Of a stretch of 52,949 nt of DNA, positions 36,294 to 49,018 are shown piece after piece. The DNA is from Octopus bimaculoides (taxonomy: Eukaryota). The DNA is taken from positions 42,359,086-42,412,034 of the forward strand of contig NC_068989.1 of assembly GCF_001194135.2 (NCBI RefSeq), written 5' to 3'. The notes beneath the pieces were generated by a model. That model was not told where the DNA came from, did no database searches, and saw only the letters and a list, made by a program, of their open reading frames with translations. Each line of letters starts with the position of its first letter. Positions within the stretch are counted from its first letter, which is position 1. The position numbers and the translations under genes were made by a program.

Positions 36294-37672
36294 ATGTAGG
36301 TATGTGTGGTCGATGATATATATATATATATATATATATNNNNNNNNNNTATATATATATATATATATATCATCGACCACACATACTCTATGTATGTGTT
36401 TTTCTTGTTCGCCGGTACGCTGCGGTTTAGCGTGGTGAGAATGATTCTTTCAAAGCACTGGGTGCTAAGACATGTGAAAGTGATAGACAGGCAAGACATC
36501 TCGCCCCTAATCTCATTCGGGAGCGATGGATATCGATATTTCGCCATTTTTGTGGTTTATTAACATGATGTAGACGAATCGAACCGAAGAAGAACTGAAT
36601 CACCAGTCGATGACTACATACAAATAGTGTAAAAAAAAAAAAAGAAGACATTTACTGATATGCCACAACGATATATACATACGATTAAATTCAATTGTGG
36701 ATTAGAAGCAGCCTGAAGGAGCTCGGTAAGTCGCATAGAGCGGAATCAAACAGTTTTAAATAAGAATAGCAACAACAACAACAACAACAACAATAGATTC
36801 TGTCGGTGTCGCTGTTCATGTGGAGGATGCTAGTGGTGGTCAGTGTCTTTCTAGTTTATGCATGTGTGTGTCGGTTGTTTGAGAAAGGCATTTAATAAAA
36901 AAGATCTGACTCAAGGAAATTTCTTTCGATGAGATATTAACCAAATATTGGTGATGTTGTGTCTTTATATCTGTGGGAACCAGATCCTAAAAGCAAAACA
37001 AGAGAAAAAAAAAAGGCCCATATTTTTTAAAAGATATTCATCTAAGATAATTTCACGGGCGGAAAATCATTTTCTTTCCAGTTCATTTGATTGTCAGCCT
37101 GAAATTTTGAGGAAGTGGGATAGTCGATTGCATTGACCATAGTGCTCAAGTACTGTCATTATCAATTCATAGCAGAGAAACATACCTACACATATACACA
37201 TATGCATACCTACAAACAAACAAACATACATATATACATACATACATACATACATACATACATACATGCATACATACATACATACATACATGCATGCATA
37301 CATTCATACAAAAATACCTTTCTTGTATTGAAATTCCATTGAAGGAGCCTTGGACTAGGTTACAAACCGGATCTTTCTCTATTAGCAAGAAATTTTGCAA
37401 TAAAGCTGAATAATGACATACATACATACATACATACATACATAGTCTGGATAAGTTTGGATTTTCAGAAAATGTGATCAACCAAATGATTCGCACACTG
37501 GAAATACAATCTGTAAGCGGAACAATAAAACTATGCAAAACTTTTCTCAGGTTTAAAATGTGACATTGTTTTCGTTATCTGAATTTCAACGATGGAGTTT
37601 TGTATATTTGTTAGAAACAAGCTCCTTCTTCAGAGGAAGAATTTAAATGATTAAATTCAGAAGAGACATACA

Positions 37673-37708
<36 letters not shown>

Positions 37709-37754
37709 TACATAAAACATGTTAAAAGATACAGAAATAAGTATATACATAGAT

Positions 37755-38311
37755 CAGAGGTTGGGGAACTTTTTTAACCAATTACCCCAAAATATAGTTA
37801 TTTACACCGATGTTACCTCCTTGATTTGAAAGGAAGAAAATCATAGATTCTTTGAATTCAAAAGGATAAAGAATCTATTTATAAGGAGAATACAATTATT
37901 AATATAAAAAGTATGAAACAAATGCGATAAAATAAATTAATATCTTCATTATGAAACAAAAATATTTTTCTAGAAACTTTTTCACTTCAAGTTTTGGAGA
38001 AATGATGTTTCATTACATCAAAATTGGGGAATTTTGATGTTACAGCAATTTAGTTACAGTTTTTGGTGTCCAAACTCTTACTCTGCTTTGATTTCCTGTT
38101 CATTAAAGTTGAAAATCCTTGTTTGCAAAGGTAGGTTGTTACAAAAGGCAACAACTTTTTGACTGCCTCTTCATACCAGAAGAAAATTTTCTGTCGTAAC
38201 TAAGAACATTTTTTTAATATAATTTCACTTATGTCTAATTAGTCCTCATTACCTACAAGAATTTCATTTTTACCCCACTTCAGGTTATTTGCCCCGGTTC
38301 GCCGACCCCTG
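37755..38311 (-). mobile_element. Charlie-like hAT internal-deletion derivative
   Basis: TIRs CAGAGGTTGGGGAAC and GTTCGCCGACCCCTG (12/15 match); flanks acatagat/acattgac (6/8, decayed 8-bp TSD); minus strand EEAVKKLLPFVTTYLCKQGFSTL is the hAT C-terminal dimerisation motif. Confidence 0.85.
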
Positions 38312-38356
38312 ACATTGACGGACTGATGTACATTCATACAAGCGATAAGTTTATAT

Positions 38357-38745
38357 GTTGTTGTTGTTGGCACTCCGTCGCTTATGACGTCGAGGGTTCC
38401 AGTTGATCCGATCAACGGAACAGCCTGCTCGTGAAATTAACGTGCAAGTGGCTGAGCACTCCACAGACACGTGTACCCTTAACGTAGTTCTCGGGGATAT
38501 TCAGCGTGACACAGTGTGACAAGGCTGACCCTTTGAATTACAGGCACAACAGAAACAGGAAGTAAGAGTGAGAGAAAGTTGTGGTGAAAGAGTACAGCAG
38601 GGTTCGCCACCATCCCCTGCCGGAGCCTCGTGGAGCTTTAGGTGTTTTCGCTCAATAAACACTCACAACGCCCGGTCTGGGAATCGAAACCGCGATCCTA
38701 TGACCGCGAGTCCGCTGCCCTAACCACTGGGCCATTGCGCCTCCA
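38357..38745 (-). mobile_element. young full-length tRNA-derived SINE family C with (CAA)n tail and 14-bp TSD
   Basis: A-box tggcccagtgg, B-box ggtttcgattccc; TSD cgataagtttatat at 38343-38356 and 38746-38759. Confidence 0.95.
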
Positions 38746-39087
38746 CGATAAGTTTATATATCTGCCAACAAACATACATACAGAAACACAGACAGATATG
38801 CATACACCTATATAGACTCATACCCAGCTGTGCCACTTCAATCAATGAAGACTTTACTGTAGTTAATGACCAACTAAGTAAAGTTTTTCTTTAGCATTTC
38901 AAGTCTATGATTCAAAATGACTCAGCTAAAAAAACCTTTGTAAACTTGTAGTAAATATATAGGGCGATGTATTGTAATATACCAATTATATTAAGTAGCT
39001 GACACATCTATATCTGACTACCACCCTCACTCTCTTTAACTTCTTCTATTCGCTTACCTTCATTTTTCTTTCTCTCTCCGACTTCGT

Positions 39088-39127
<40 letters not shown>

Positions 39128-39189
39128 CCCTCTCTCTCTCCTCGATCTGTTTTAAAATTCTTATTTCAGGCTGAGAAAGAAAGAGAAAT

Positions 39190-39900
39190 GACAACGACCG
39201 TAATTCTTTACCGGTCTCCACAAAAATTGAGAAGAAAGGGAAAACATGTTTTCCTTAAGCTGGGGACCTGATCGAAATAATTATTACAGAATCTATTCCA
39301 CCAGAGCCACTGTTGTGGGAGAATTCCGACCACTCCCATGTGACTAAAAGTAGACTGAGACATTGTCGTGTCGTCAACAGTTCGGGTTGGTAAGCAGTCA
39401 CAAGCAAGGTAACTGTCATAACCCAGATTTAGTCTGGAAGGACGTTATCACTGCTAGGGAGGTAGCGCAGGTGAACATAGCATCTGTTATCACCTACCGC
39501 CTGACCGTCGTGCCTTGCTCTGATTCGTGGCTGAGCAAGTTGGAGTGGGGCACCACTTGTAAGGCGCTCTATCTGCTGCCAAAAGCCGTTAAAGGGTGGG
39601 CGAGAGATATTGTGACTGAAGATGCGCAAGTTTGCGCTAAGGCTTAGGCACCTCTAGTTCTACCTAGATGGTAAGCGGGTGTGGTCACCGCTCGTGAAGT
39701 TTTTCTTACCGCAACTGACCTCTCTTCGGGAGTTAGGTCCTTGGATCAAGCGGAGACCCAGACAGGGTGATTGACAGTTACAGTGCCAATAACACTCATG
39801 CTGCTCTCTCGGGCGGGCAATACCGACAGCTGGAGTTCCACCACGGACTTCTATAGCGGGTTAGTTGAATTCATGTCAGATGACAGCCTTCGGGGAAACT
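39190..39900 (+). mobile_element. Tx1/L1-like LINE ORF2 remnant (post-RT region)
   Basis: AVTSKVTVITQI*SGRTLSLLGR(fs)EVAQVNIASVITYRLTVVPCSDSWLSKLE...SICCQKPLKGG...FALRLRHL*FYLDGKRVWSPLV...LRELGPWIKRRPRQG. Confidence 0.75.
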
Positions 39901-40786
39901 CTGTTTGAAAAATCTTTCGGGTCGGGGTATATGAATAATTACCAGAAAACCATAAAAGGTAAAAGATACAAGATTGTTTCTAGCTAGCCTTGTCCTTGAG
40001 TGACTTTTATATCCTTCTACTGGATATGTAATTTAACGAAGCAGGAGGGAAAAGAAAGTATTTACACGACGCAATACTATTACTATTACACGAGACTCAA
40101 TGCTTTATATCAACGGCTCACAGTGAACTGCTTACCAACCCGATTTTTCTTTTATTGGCCACACAGGGCCCATCATAGAGGGGACATTACAAGAACAGAC
40201 AAGCGAACAAGTACAGTGTGTTTACAATGAAAATGATAAATATAATGAAATCAGATGAATGTTTAAAAGTTTTGAAAAAACCGATACTGTACTTGAGCGA
40301 AGTTAAAAATATGAAATGGTGACAATTTACCCATTGCACCCTATATATGTATATGTATATATGTGTGTGTGTGTTACATTCACATATACGTTTATATAGA
40401 TATATGTATGTGTGTGTGTGTGTGTGAACGGTAAAGTGAGTAGCTACATCAAAGTGGCAGACGAATGTTACTACTAATTTAACCTCAGGTAGATTCTCCG
40501 CCAGCCGGTTCTCGGTGCAAGCTCTGCACCCATTATATACAATATATCGCTAGCAGGGGTAGCGAAGACCTACAATCTGCGGCAATTGACAGGATTGCGG
40601 TACCGGCCAGTTTCGAGCGATTTGGTTCACATCACTCGCGCGCACCTGATGTGGATACTCGTTTTACTGTATAGTACACGTTACTACTCCATCTCTTCTT
40701 GAGATTTTATAATTAGCTATTTTGCTTATGCATATATATATACATACATTTATGCATACATATATACATACACACACACACACACA

Positions 40787-40844
<58 letters not shown>

Positions 40845-40929
40845 TAAATGTATGTATGTATGTATGTATGTGTGTATGGATGTATACATAGATATATAGT
40901 TAACGAAGCCAGCAATGTCTGTACGGAAC

Positions 40930-41200
40930 AATATTCGCCAAGGTGCAATAATTCATATGTGTCACTTCACCATCGTTATTAAATTTGCAACTATATTTTA
41001 TTGACAATTATTAAATTACAAAGACAGAATGTGTCTCTGAAACGCATTAATATCATGCAAGAATTAAACATTGTAAACTATTTTAGAAAACACACAGTTC
41101 TATAAGACTTATTTCAAAGATATTCAGAGCCATCACAGATTTACTCCTGAGGGGCCATATATGCCGCTATCAGTTTTGATAATATTCAAAGTGTTGGAGG
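40930..41200 (-). mobile_element. decayed Tc1/mariner 3' remnant
   Basis: WPLRS...EYL*NKSY resembles WPP.SPDL.P.D..LWGYLK.KVY; a mariner-like end cagggtgcaa-type sequence also occurs near 40320-40345. Confidence 0.35.
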
Positions 41201-41399
41201 TTTTGACTGACGTAAGAAGAAAAACCTGATTATTATCTTTCTCAAGACACCGGAATTTAGTAAATAAGTCAATAATATAAAGAGAGAAAAAGTAGTTCGT
41301 GCTGCTGCGGAAAGTATAGTTATTAAGATAATAAAAATATCTCGTGGTCTTGTATCATGATAAATGAGAAGTTTAGTTATTTACAAGAATTAAGAATTG

Positions 41400-42220
41400 A
41401 GATAATTCATATAATAATACTCAATTTATTGCCTTCGTGTTTGGTTTTACACGTTAATGGAAGAGTATATTGCAACTCAGGTCAACGAAAAGGTATCTAG
41501 AAAATCACTTGCTAAATTCTCAAAAGGAACTCAACAAAACACTAGGTATGTGGTGGTCCAGTGAGGACTGTAACTTTGCAAAGCAATAGAACTAATAAAT
41601 AGTGAGACCATTCTATTGTCAAAGGTGTTTACTCGTGACGGTGACCTGCATGGGATGATTGTAACTCGCTGTAAAATACTGTGGAGTCAATCCTGGACAC
41701 AAGCTCAATATCCAGATTGAGTTCCAAGATAGCAGAGACAGCTGTTCAAGTTTGAGGCTGAGTCATATTTATATCTATGCTGGGTTTCTATTGGTTTGAT
41801 CTCTGATCATCACCAGGTATTTTATTCCTGGATTTGTTGATAGCACAGAAATGAATTTGAATTTGAAATACTTATTTGTACAGAAAATAATGTTCTTAGC
41901 TATTGAATCACTGAATATTAAACTTCCAGTCCGATCTAGTCTGGGATTATGAAAGCATTCAGAACTAGAATACCTGATGATTGTTGTGTAGATATAAATA
42001 TTCTAGAAAGATTTCATATATAAAGCTGAAGATGATAGTTGAGAAAATTATTATGTCGTCAGGTATCTATTGCCATAACAGCTGATACACTGATTGATTT
42101 GTGTCTATACATATCGTTAGGACCAGGTGGGCTATGATCTATAGACTTAACAGCATTAAAACTGATAATGTATGTGAGAACTTGTCCATGAATACCGTAT
42201 TCATTCCGTTTTACTAACTC
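41400..42220 (-). mobile_element. old CR1/L2-group LINE RT remnant
   Basis: YGIHGQVLTYIISF (YGI.G..L.WI.SF motif) followed by decayed LGP and ADD-like segments. Confidence 0.45.
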
Positions 42221-42285
42221 TCACTGCTACATAATACTACATACATATATACATACTTACACACACACACACATACACACATGTA

Positions 42286-42336
<51 letters not shown>

Positions 42337-42568
42337 TTATCTATCTATCTATCTGTCTGTCTGTCTGTCTGTCTNNNNNNNNNNNNNNNNNNNNNNNNNN
42401 NNNNNNNNNNNNNNNNNNNNNNNNNNNNNNNNNNNNNNNNNNNNNNNNNNNNNNNNNNNNNNNNNNNNNNNNNNNNNNNNNNNNNNNNNNNNNNNNNNNN
42501 NNNNNNNNNNNNNNNNNNNNNNNNNNNNNNNNNNNNNNNNNNNNNNNNNNNNNNNNNNNNNNNNNNNN

Positions 42569-42882
42569 AAACTTTCAAATACAAAGACCTGGAAATAGAG
42601 GTAACTCGAATGTGGAATCTAAAAACAGAAACAATTCCTATCATAGTGGGTGCCTTAGGTATAATAAAAAATATTCAGACAAATACATAACAAAAACACC
42701 AGGACTTACAAATATATATAACATACAGAAAATTGCACTACTGGGCACTGCACACATCCTACGCAAAACACTTTCAATACAGTAACCATAAGAGCATCAC
42801 AGCAAACCACAGCACATACCCAAGCCTCACAGAGCTGCGCTCGGTAGTGAAGTGAAAGCACGTTATAAATATAAAACTACTG
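42569..42882 (+). mobile_element. R4/Dong-like RLE 3' end, family A, second copy
   Basis: KYKDLEIEVTRMWNLKTETIPIIVGALGIIK(fs)YSDKYITKTPGLTNIYNIQKIALLGTAHILRKTLSIQ*; (TAA)n tail at 42883-42903; 5' side lost in a gap. Confidence 0.9.
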
Positions 42883-42903
42883 AACAATAATAATAATAAT
42901 AAA

Positions 42904-43452
42904 TGCCCGGATGCAATAGCAGGCAGTGGCTCTCATGGCTTCTGATCTTGATTGATTGGAAGTGTTATCATGTACATTGTTTTGTCTCGGTATAAAAGAT
43001 GGGCTACAGCAAATATTCTGCTCAATACTACAGATTTGCTTGTCAGTTGTTTGACCGTAACCAGTTGAGCATGTCCCTTGATGGCTGACGATATGTGCAT
43101 CTCTGATCATGAGCAGAAGTAGTGGGGGAGCATCATGTGTTGAGAGGAATTCTTTGGGGTTTGGATACTTCACTTCTGGAAACATCGGTGTTTTGCTCAA
43201 CATCTTTAAACAAACCTTATTCAAGGACCTTTTGAGCGGGATGGGCTACTCGACCTGAAGAAAATTCTAACTGGGCCCCACCTGCGAGGTCATGCGCTGT
43301 TTATCTTGATATGAAACCACCATGTCGTGCACATATGGTTGTGATGCATGTGCCTGGTGTACCCTTATCAGACGGGTAGTCATGATGGGTATAATGGGAT
43401 TCGTATATTTTACCCTAGTGTCTCTTTGATGGCATGCACTGTTCTCTCACTC
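42904..43452. mobile_element. unclassified ~550-bp interspersed element flanked by TAA-rich tracts
   Basis: Sharp compositional boundaries; (TAA)n on the left and aataataacaataaaa on the right; no tRNA head or recognisable protein. Recognised from memory as a common octopus repeat, unverified. Confidence 0.55.
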
Positions 43453-44074
43453 AATAATAACAATAAAATAAAATAAAATAAAAGGTAATAACATATATCC
43501 TAAATGGGTTTTGCGAGTGAATGTGTATGGGAGAGAGAAAGGGATAAAAATAAAATGCGATAGTGGTAACAGGGTAAATAGTAAATAAATAAATAAATAA
43601 AAGTAAAGGTATCGATATAGATATGTTAGTATTGTAAGGGGGTTAGGGGTCAAATGTTAAAGTTTCAGTAGAGAGGGGGTGAAAGCCAATCTAGGTAAGG
43701 TTATAAGGACAGTAGTTTAGTGCAGATATTTCAAGCTTCATAGCCATTAAATGATATGAGATAAAGGATTAAGAATCTAAACTTAAAATTGAAAATTAAA
43801 ATTTAGAATTACAAACTCAGCAAACTAAAACTGAAAAATTATGAAAATTAAAAATTATTTAGTTGAGATTAGCTAGTTTCTAAGATAGTTATATCGATAG
43901 AGGGGCAGGGAAAAAAAGAAGAGTGTACACGCCACACCCACACGTATATATATATATACATACATATAGATATATACGTACATATGCATATATGCATGTA
44001 CACATCCATATACATACGTACATATATCCACATAAGCGTACATATAAGGCGCGCACATACACATACATATACGT

Positions 44075-44136
<62 letters not shown>

Positions 44137-44552
44137 NNNNNNNNNNNNNNNNNNNNNNNNNNNNNNNNNNNNNNNNNNNNNNNNNNNNNNNNNNNNNNNN
44201 NNNNNNNNNNNNNNNNNNNNNNNNNNNNNNNNNNNNNNNNNNNNNNNNNNNNNNNNNNNNNNNNNNNNNNNNNNNNNNNNNNNNNNNNNNNNNNNNNNNN
44301 NNNNNNNNNNNNNNNNNNNNNNNNNNNNNNNNNNNNNNNNNNNNNNNNNNNNNNNNNNNNNNNNNNNNNNNNNNNNNNNNNNNNNNNNNNNNNNNNNNNN
44401 NNNNNNNNNNNNNNNNNNNNNNNNNNNNNNNNNNNNNNNNNNNNNNNNNNNNNNNNNNNNNNNNNNNNNNNNNNNNNNNNNNNNNNNNNNNNNNNNNNNN
44501 NNNNNNNNNNNNNNNNNNNNNNNNNNNNNNNNNNNNNNNNNNNNNNNNNNNN

Positions 44553-44614
<62 letters not shown>

Positions 44615-44626
44615 TTGTGGGTGTGG

Positions 44627-44790
44627 TTGTCCTCCTCCCACCATCGCTTGACAACCGATGTTGGTGTGTCTACGTCTCCGTAACTTAGTGTTTCGGCAAG
44701 AGAGAGCGATAGAATAAGTACAAGGCCTGCAAAGAATAATCCTGGGATCGATTTGTTCAACTAAATGACTGAAACAAGTAAAAGAATAAA
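44627..44790 (+). mobile_element. SINE family B 3' half
   Basis: ccatcgcttgacaaccgatgttggtgtg...cgatagaataagta...gactgaaacaagtaaaagaata. Confidence 0.85.
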
Positions 44791-45345
44791 AGAATATATA
44801 TATATCATAAAAAAATATGTAATACTCTGTGAACTATTGTAAAAAATATTATAATACACTGAACCATTGTGCTATCAAGATCTTAGTCATAGAGAAGTTA
44901 TCACTGTCAACGTTACAGTGTTTCTCCCAGGCATCATGTTCCTTGGCAGTAACTTCAGATTTTGCCACTGATATTCTTTCAGGTGATTTACTTCACTGTC
45001 ATTCTGAAAGGAAGTCTTTTATTATTAAAAGTTTATTTGAAAACAGAGACTGCTGTGGGCGACGTTTGTGATTGAAAGTTATTCCTTCTATATGACCAGT
45101 CGAAGTGACATTTTTCTTAGACGATAAAAATGTTTTCCTAGCTTGAAGCCTAGATCTTCTCCCAGCTTTTTAAAATTTATCACATCATATTAGGGAAAGG
45201 TGTTGGTTCGAACACTTCACAAAATGCTTATTTCTGATGCACGGTTATATTGATAAATATATTGGTTTCAAATTTTGGCAAAAGGCCAGTAATTTCCAGG
45301 GAGAGGGTAAGCTGATAACATCAGCTCCAGTGGTCAACTTGTGTG

Positions 45346-45387
<42 letters not shown>

Positions 45388-46169
45388 CGCACGCACACAC
45401 ACATACATACATACATATCCCTGAGGCAGATTGGCACCTGTTCAGTGGGATGTTGGTCTGCCCACCTAACCAGCGAAGTGACATCATTTGGAGGTAAGAA
45501 CAATACAAAGATGCGCATTATAACCATTATAACGATAGCCTGGCCGATACAGTGAACCAGTGATATATATATGTGTGTATGTGTGTGTATCTACCTATTT
45601 ATATGGACAGGGACAACTGACAAAGGGATATACTCTTTATGCTGCATGTCTCGTTTCTCTGTTTGGTTTATTTCGTTGCTCGAAAAAAGTGCGTTTTCCG
45701 TTTTCGTTTTTATGTTTTCGTTTTTCGTTTCTCACTGTGTTTAACGTTTCTTTGATGTCCTGTACCCATATAAGCATGTATGTATACATATAGATGTAGG
45801 TATGTACATATATGTATGGATATATGGATGTATCTACATATTTATATTATTATTATATACATGTATATAAACGAAAAGCTCAACAAATATGGCAAATATG
45901 GGCCGATAGAAAGATAACTAAAAAAAAGAGACTTTTCAACTCAACTTACTGTAAAGTTGGTTGGAATATGCAATGAGGCGTGTTAGAATACACCAATAAT
46001 TGGAGAACAATTCAATAATTATGCTAGTATCATCACAGATTTCTATTCCAATGATGTATTTAATCAGATAACTTCAATTAGATGTGATAGTCATTTAGCT
46101 TTGCCATTTATAAATTAGGTTTACTGGTCTATAAAATACAGTTATATTTACTTTGGATTAAAGGCTTAT

Positions 46170-46460
46170 AGATCAACGTGAAAACTAGACAACGTCAAGT
46201 TCTCCGACTATGGCACGGAGGAGGCGGAACCGATGCAGTTGCCTTCATGTTCCTGTGTAGATATTTGAGCAGCATCGAACAGGGGACGAATAATCATAGA
46301 CGGGCGATTCGATTCATTTCTGGTTCAATTCAGGTGCATGGTGTTAACAAATTACAAGAAAATGGCGAAATATCGGTATTCATCCTTCCTACATTCGATC
46401 CGAGTCAAGTTGGCTTGCCTGTCTCTGAGTTTCAGTTGCTTTAACACTGAGCATTAACAG
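46170..46460 (-). mobile_element. old RTE-like LINE C-terminal remnant
   Basis: Minus strand IYTGT*RQLHRFRLLRAIVG resembles IY..H.RQL.RF..R.LRAI.G; upstream ANL..IE.R and VY segments. Confidence 0.4.
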
Positions 46461-47763
46461 AGGTCGTCCCTGTGAACAAATAAAACATATAGATTGAGTA
46501 TGTCTAATCGATAATGTATACACCACTAGCACTGCTTTTAATTCGTTACTGACCATGTGTGTGTGCACGAGCGTGTATCTTAATAGTAAATAACGAATTA
46601 AAAGTTTTTATATATATGTATATCAAACACTCAACTAAACTGTCAGTCAATATTTTTAAATCTGATGATTACTACGAACGTATGAAAGCTCTAACTGAAC
46701 CCTACGAACATTACTAAATATTTTTTTCTTTTTACTGTTTAACACACTTCAGCTATTGTAAAAAATTCTTATTAAAATACAATTATGAAAAACGGGAAAA
46801 CCAGAAAGTTGTAACTTTANNNNNNNNNNNNNNNNNNNNNNNNNNNNNNNNNNNNNNNNNNNNNNNNNNNNNNNNNNNNNNNNNNNNNNNNNNNNNNNNN
46901 NNNNNNNNNNNNNNNNNNNNNNNNNNNNNNNNNNNNNNNNNNNNNNNNNNNNNNNNNNNNNNNNNNNNNNNNNNNNNNNNNNNNNNNNNNNNNNNNNNNN
47001 NNNNNNNNNNNNNNNNNNNNNNNNNNNNNNNNNNNNNNNNNNNNNNNNNNNNNNNNNNNNNNNNNNNNNNNNNNNNNNNNNNNNNNNNNNNNNNNNNNNN
47101 NNNNNNNNNNNNNNNNNNNNNNNNNNNNNNNNNNNNNNNNNNNNNNNNNNNNNNNNNNNNNNNNNNNNNNNNNNNNNNNNNNNNNNNNNNNNNNNNNNNN
47201 NNNNNNNNNNNNNNNNNNNNNNNNNNNNNNNNNNNNNNNNNNNNNNNNNNNNNNNNNNNNNNNNNNNNNNNNNNNNNNNNNNNNNNNNNNNNNNNNNNNN
47301 NNNNNNNNNNNNNNNNNNNNNNNNNNNNNNNNNNNNNNNNNNNNNNNNNNNNNNNNNNNNNNNNNNNNNNNNNNNNNNNNNNNNNNNNNNNNNNNNNNNN
47401 NNNNNNNNNNNNNNNNNNNNNNNNNNNNNNNNNNNNNNNNNNNNNNNNNNNNNNNNNNNNNNNNNNNNNNNNNNNNNNNNNNNNNNNNNNNNNNNNNNNN
47501 NNNNNNNNNNNNNNNNNNNNNNNNNNNNNNNNNNNNNNNNNNNNNNNNNNNNNNNNNNNNNNNNNNNNNNNNNNNNNNNNNNNNNNNNNNNNNNNNNNNN
47601 NNNNNNNNNNNNNNNNNNNNNNNNNNNNNNNNNNNNNNNNNNNNNNNNNNNNNNNNNNNNNNNNNNNNNNNNNNNNNNNNNNNNNNNNNNNNNNNNNNNN
47701 NNNNNNNNNNNNNNNNNNNNNNNNNNNNNNNNNNNNNNNNNNNNNNNNNNNNNNNNNNNNNNN

Positions 47764-47799
<36 letters not shown>

Positions 47800-47845
47800 G
47801 TATATAACTTTATGCAACTGTGTGTATGTATGTATTTGTATTAAC

Positions 47846-48139
47846 TAGCACTCTGTCGGTTACGAAGACGAGCGTTCGAGTTGATCCGATCAACGGAAGA
47901 GCCTGCTCGCGAAATTAACGTGCAAGTGGCTGAGCGCTCCACAAACACGTCTACATTTAATGTAGTCCTCAGCGTAACACAGTGTGCGACAAGGAGGTAC
48001 TACTAATTTTTGCCAGCTGTGTGGAATGGGGCAACATGAAATAACGTGTCTTGCTCAAAGACACAACGTGTCGCCGGGAATTGAACTCACGACCTTACAA
48101 TAGTGATCCGAATACACTAACCACTAAGCCACGTGCCTC
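47846..48139 (-). mobile_element. SINE family D, full-length
   Basis: Head gaggcacgtggcttagtggttagtgtattcgg, gtgagttcaattcccgg, tgtgtctttgagcaagacac CORE-like middle, shared tail. Confidence 0.9.
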
Positions 48140-48158
48140 ATATACACATCCACATCGT

Positions 48159-48189
<31 letters not shown>

Positions 48190-48223
48190 CGCGTGTATAT
48201 GTATTATTACATGTATGTACAAA

Positions 48224-48258
<35 letters not shown>

Positions 48259-48982
48259 TGTAGCTGTTGTGAGATGTAGCTTGCAGGTTTGTTAAGTTTT
48301 ACATTTGACGCGTTGTCACATTTCTGTTATTTTCAAGGCATCTCCGAAGTCACTCCCACATTTATCTTCTCAATTTTCTCATCATAAATTATTATTGCTA
48401 TTAATGACACAGACAAGGTTAAGTGAAATAGTTCTCCCTTACTCTCCATCAAAATCTCAACCAGAAATATAGATGAACTATCCTGCACGTATGTCTCCTT
48501 AATTTCCTCATCAAATATCATTATAGTATCATTAATTATAAAGTCAATATGATTCACTCCATTAAAATCTTGACCAGTCTCTTTTGATGGCTTTTGTCTT
48601 CGAAGATTTCTGCTTTGTTAAAACCAGCGTCTTTTTCGTTCTTTATATTGATTTTCAAGACGTCGTATTTGATGAGTGAGATTTACTGTTTTGAAACTAA
48701 TAAATTGCAGAATATTTCAGCGCGAACGAACTAAAGTATCCGAAACTACTTTATACAAAGTATTCTAAAAGAAACTTCTACATTGCAGAATCTTTAAATG
48801 CAGGACAAATTAGAAGCGGGAAGAAAATACACGTAAAACTAGATCACTAGATCTGCTATACACAGCAGTCAAAACTCCTTCGCATCTCATCACACCTTAT
48901 CACTTATGAAGAGGGCACATGAAATACATGCTATCTTAGATGTTGGAATGAAAGTAGTTATAGGCAGGAGGGGGGGGGGCAC

Positions 48983-49018
<36 letters not shown>

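Noticed and set aside
38660-38745. tRNA gene at the SINE heads (also 7417, 8394, 27189, 48060-48139)
   Set aside because: A and B boxes are present, but the sequence continues into SINE body and tail, and no complete cloverleaf with acceptor stem could be formed.
42015-42065. CTGAAGA...GAAA as another hammerhead (other CTGANGA hits at ~3622, 9234, 28395, 39618, 41974, 46663 were also inspected)
   Set aside because: No stem I, II or III pairing and no correctly placed NUH.
44830-45240. Possible CR1-type RT remnant (IKDFLS motif, minus strand)
   Set aside because: Only one short motif matches, too weak to list as a feature.
48333-48557. 74-aa minus-strand ORF (NHIDFIINDT...)
   Set aside because: AT-rich, low-information sequence that I could not assign to any family; left uncalled pending BLASTX.
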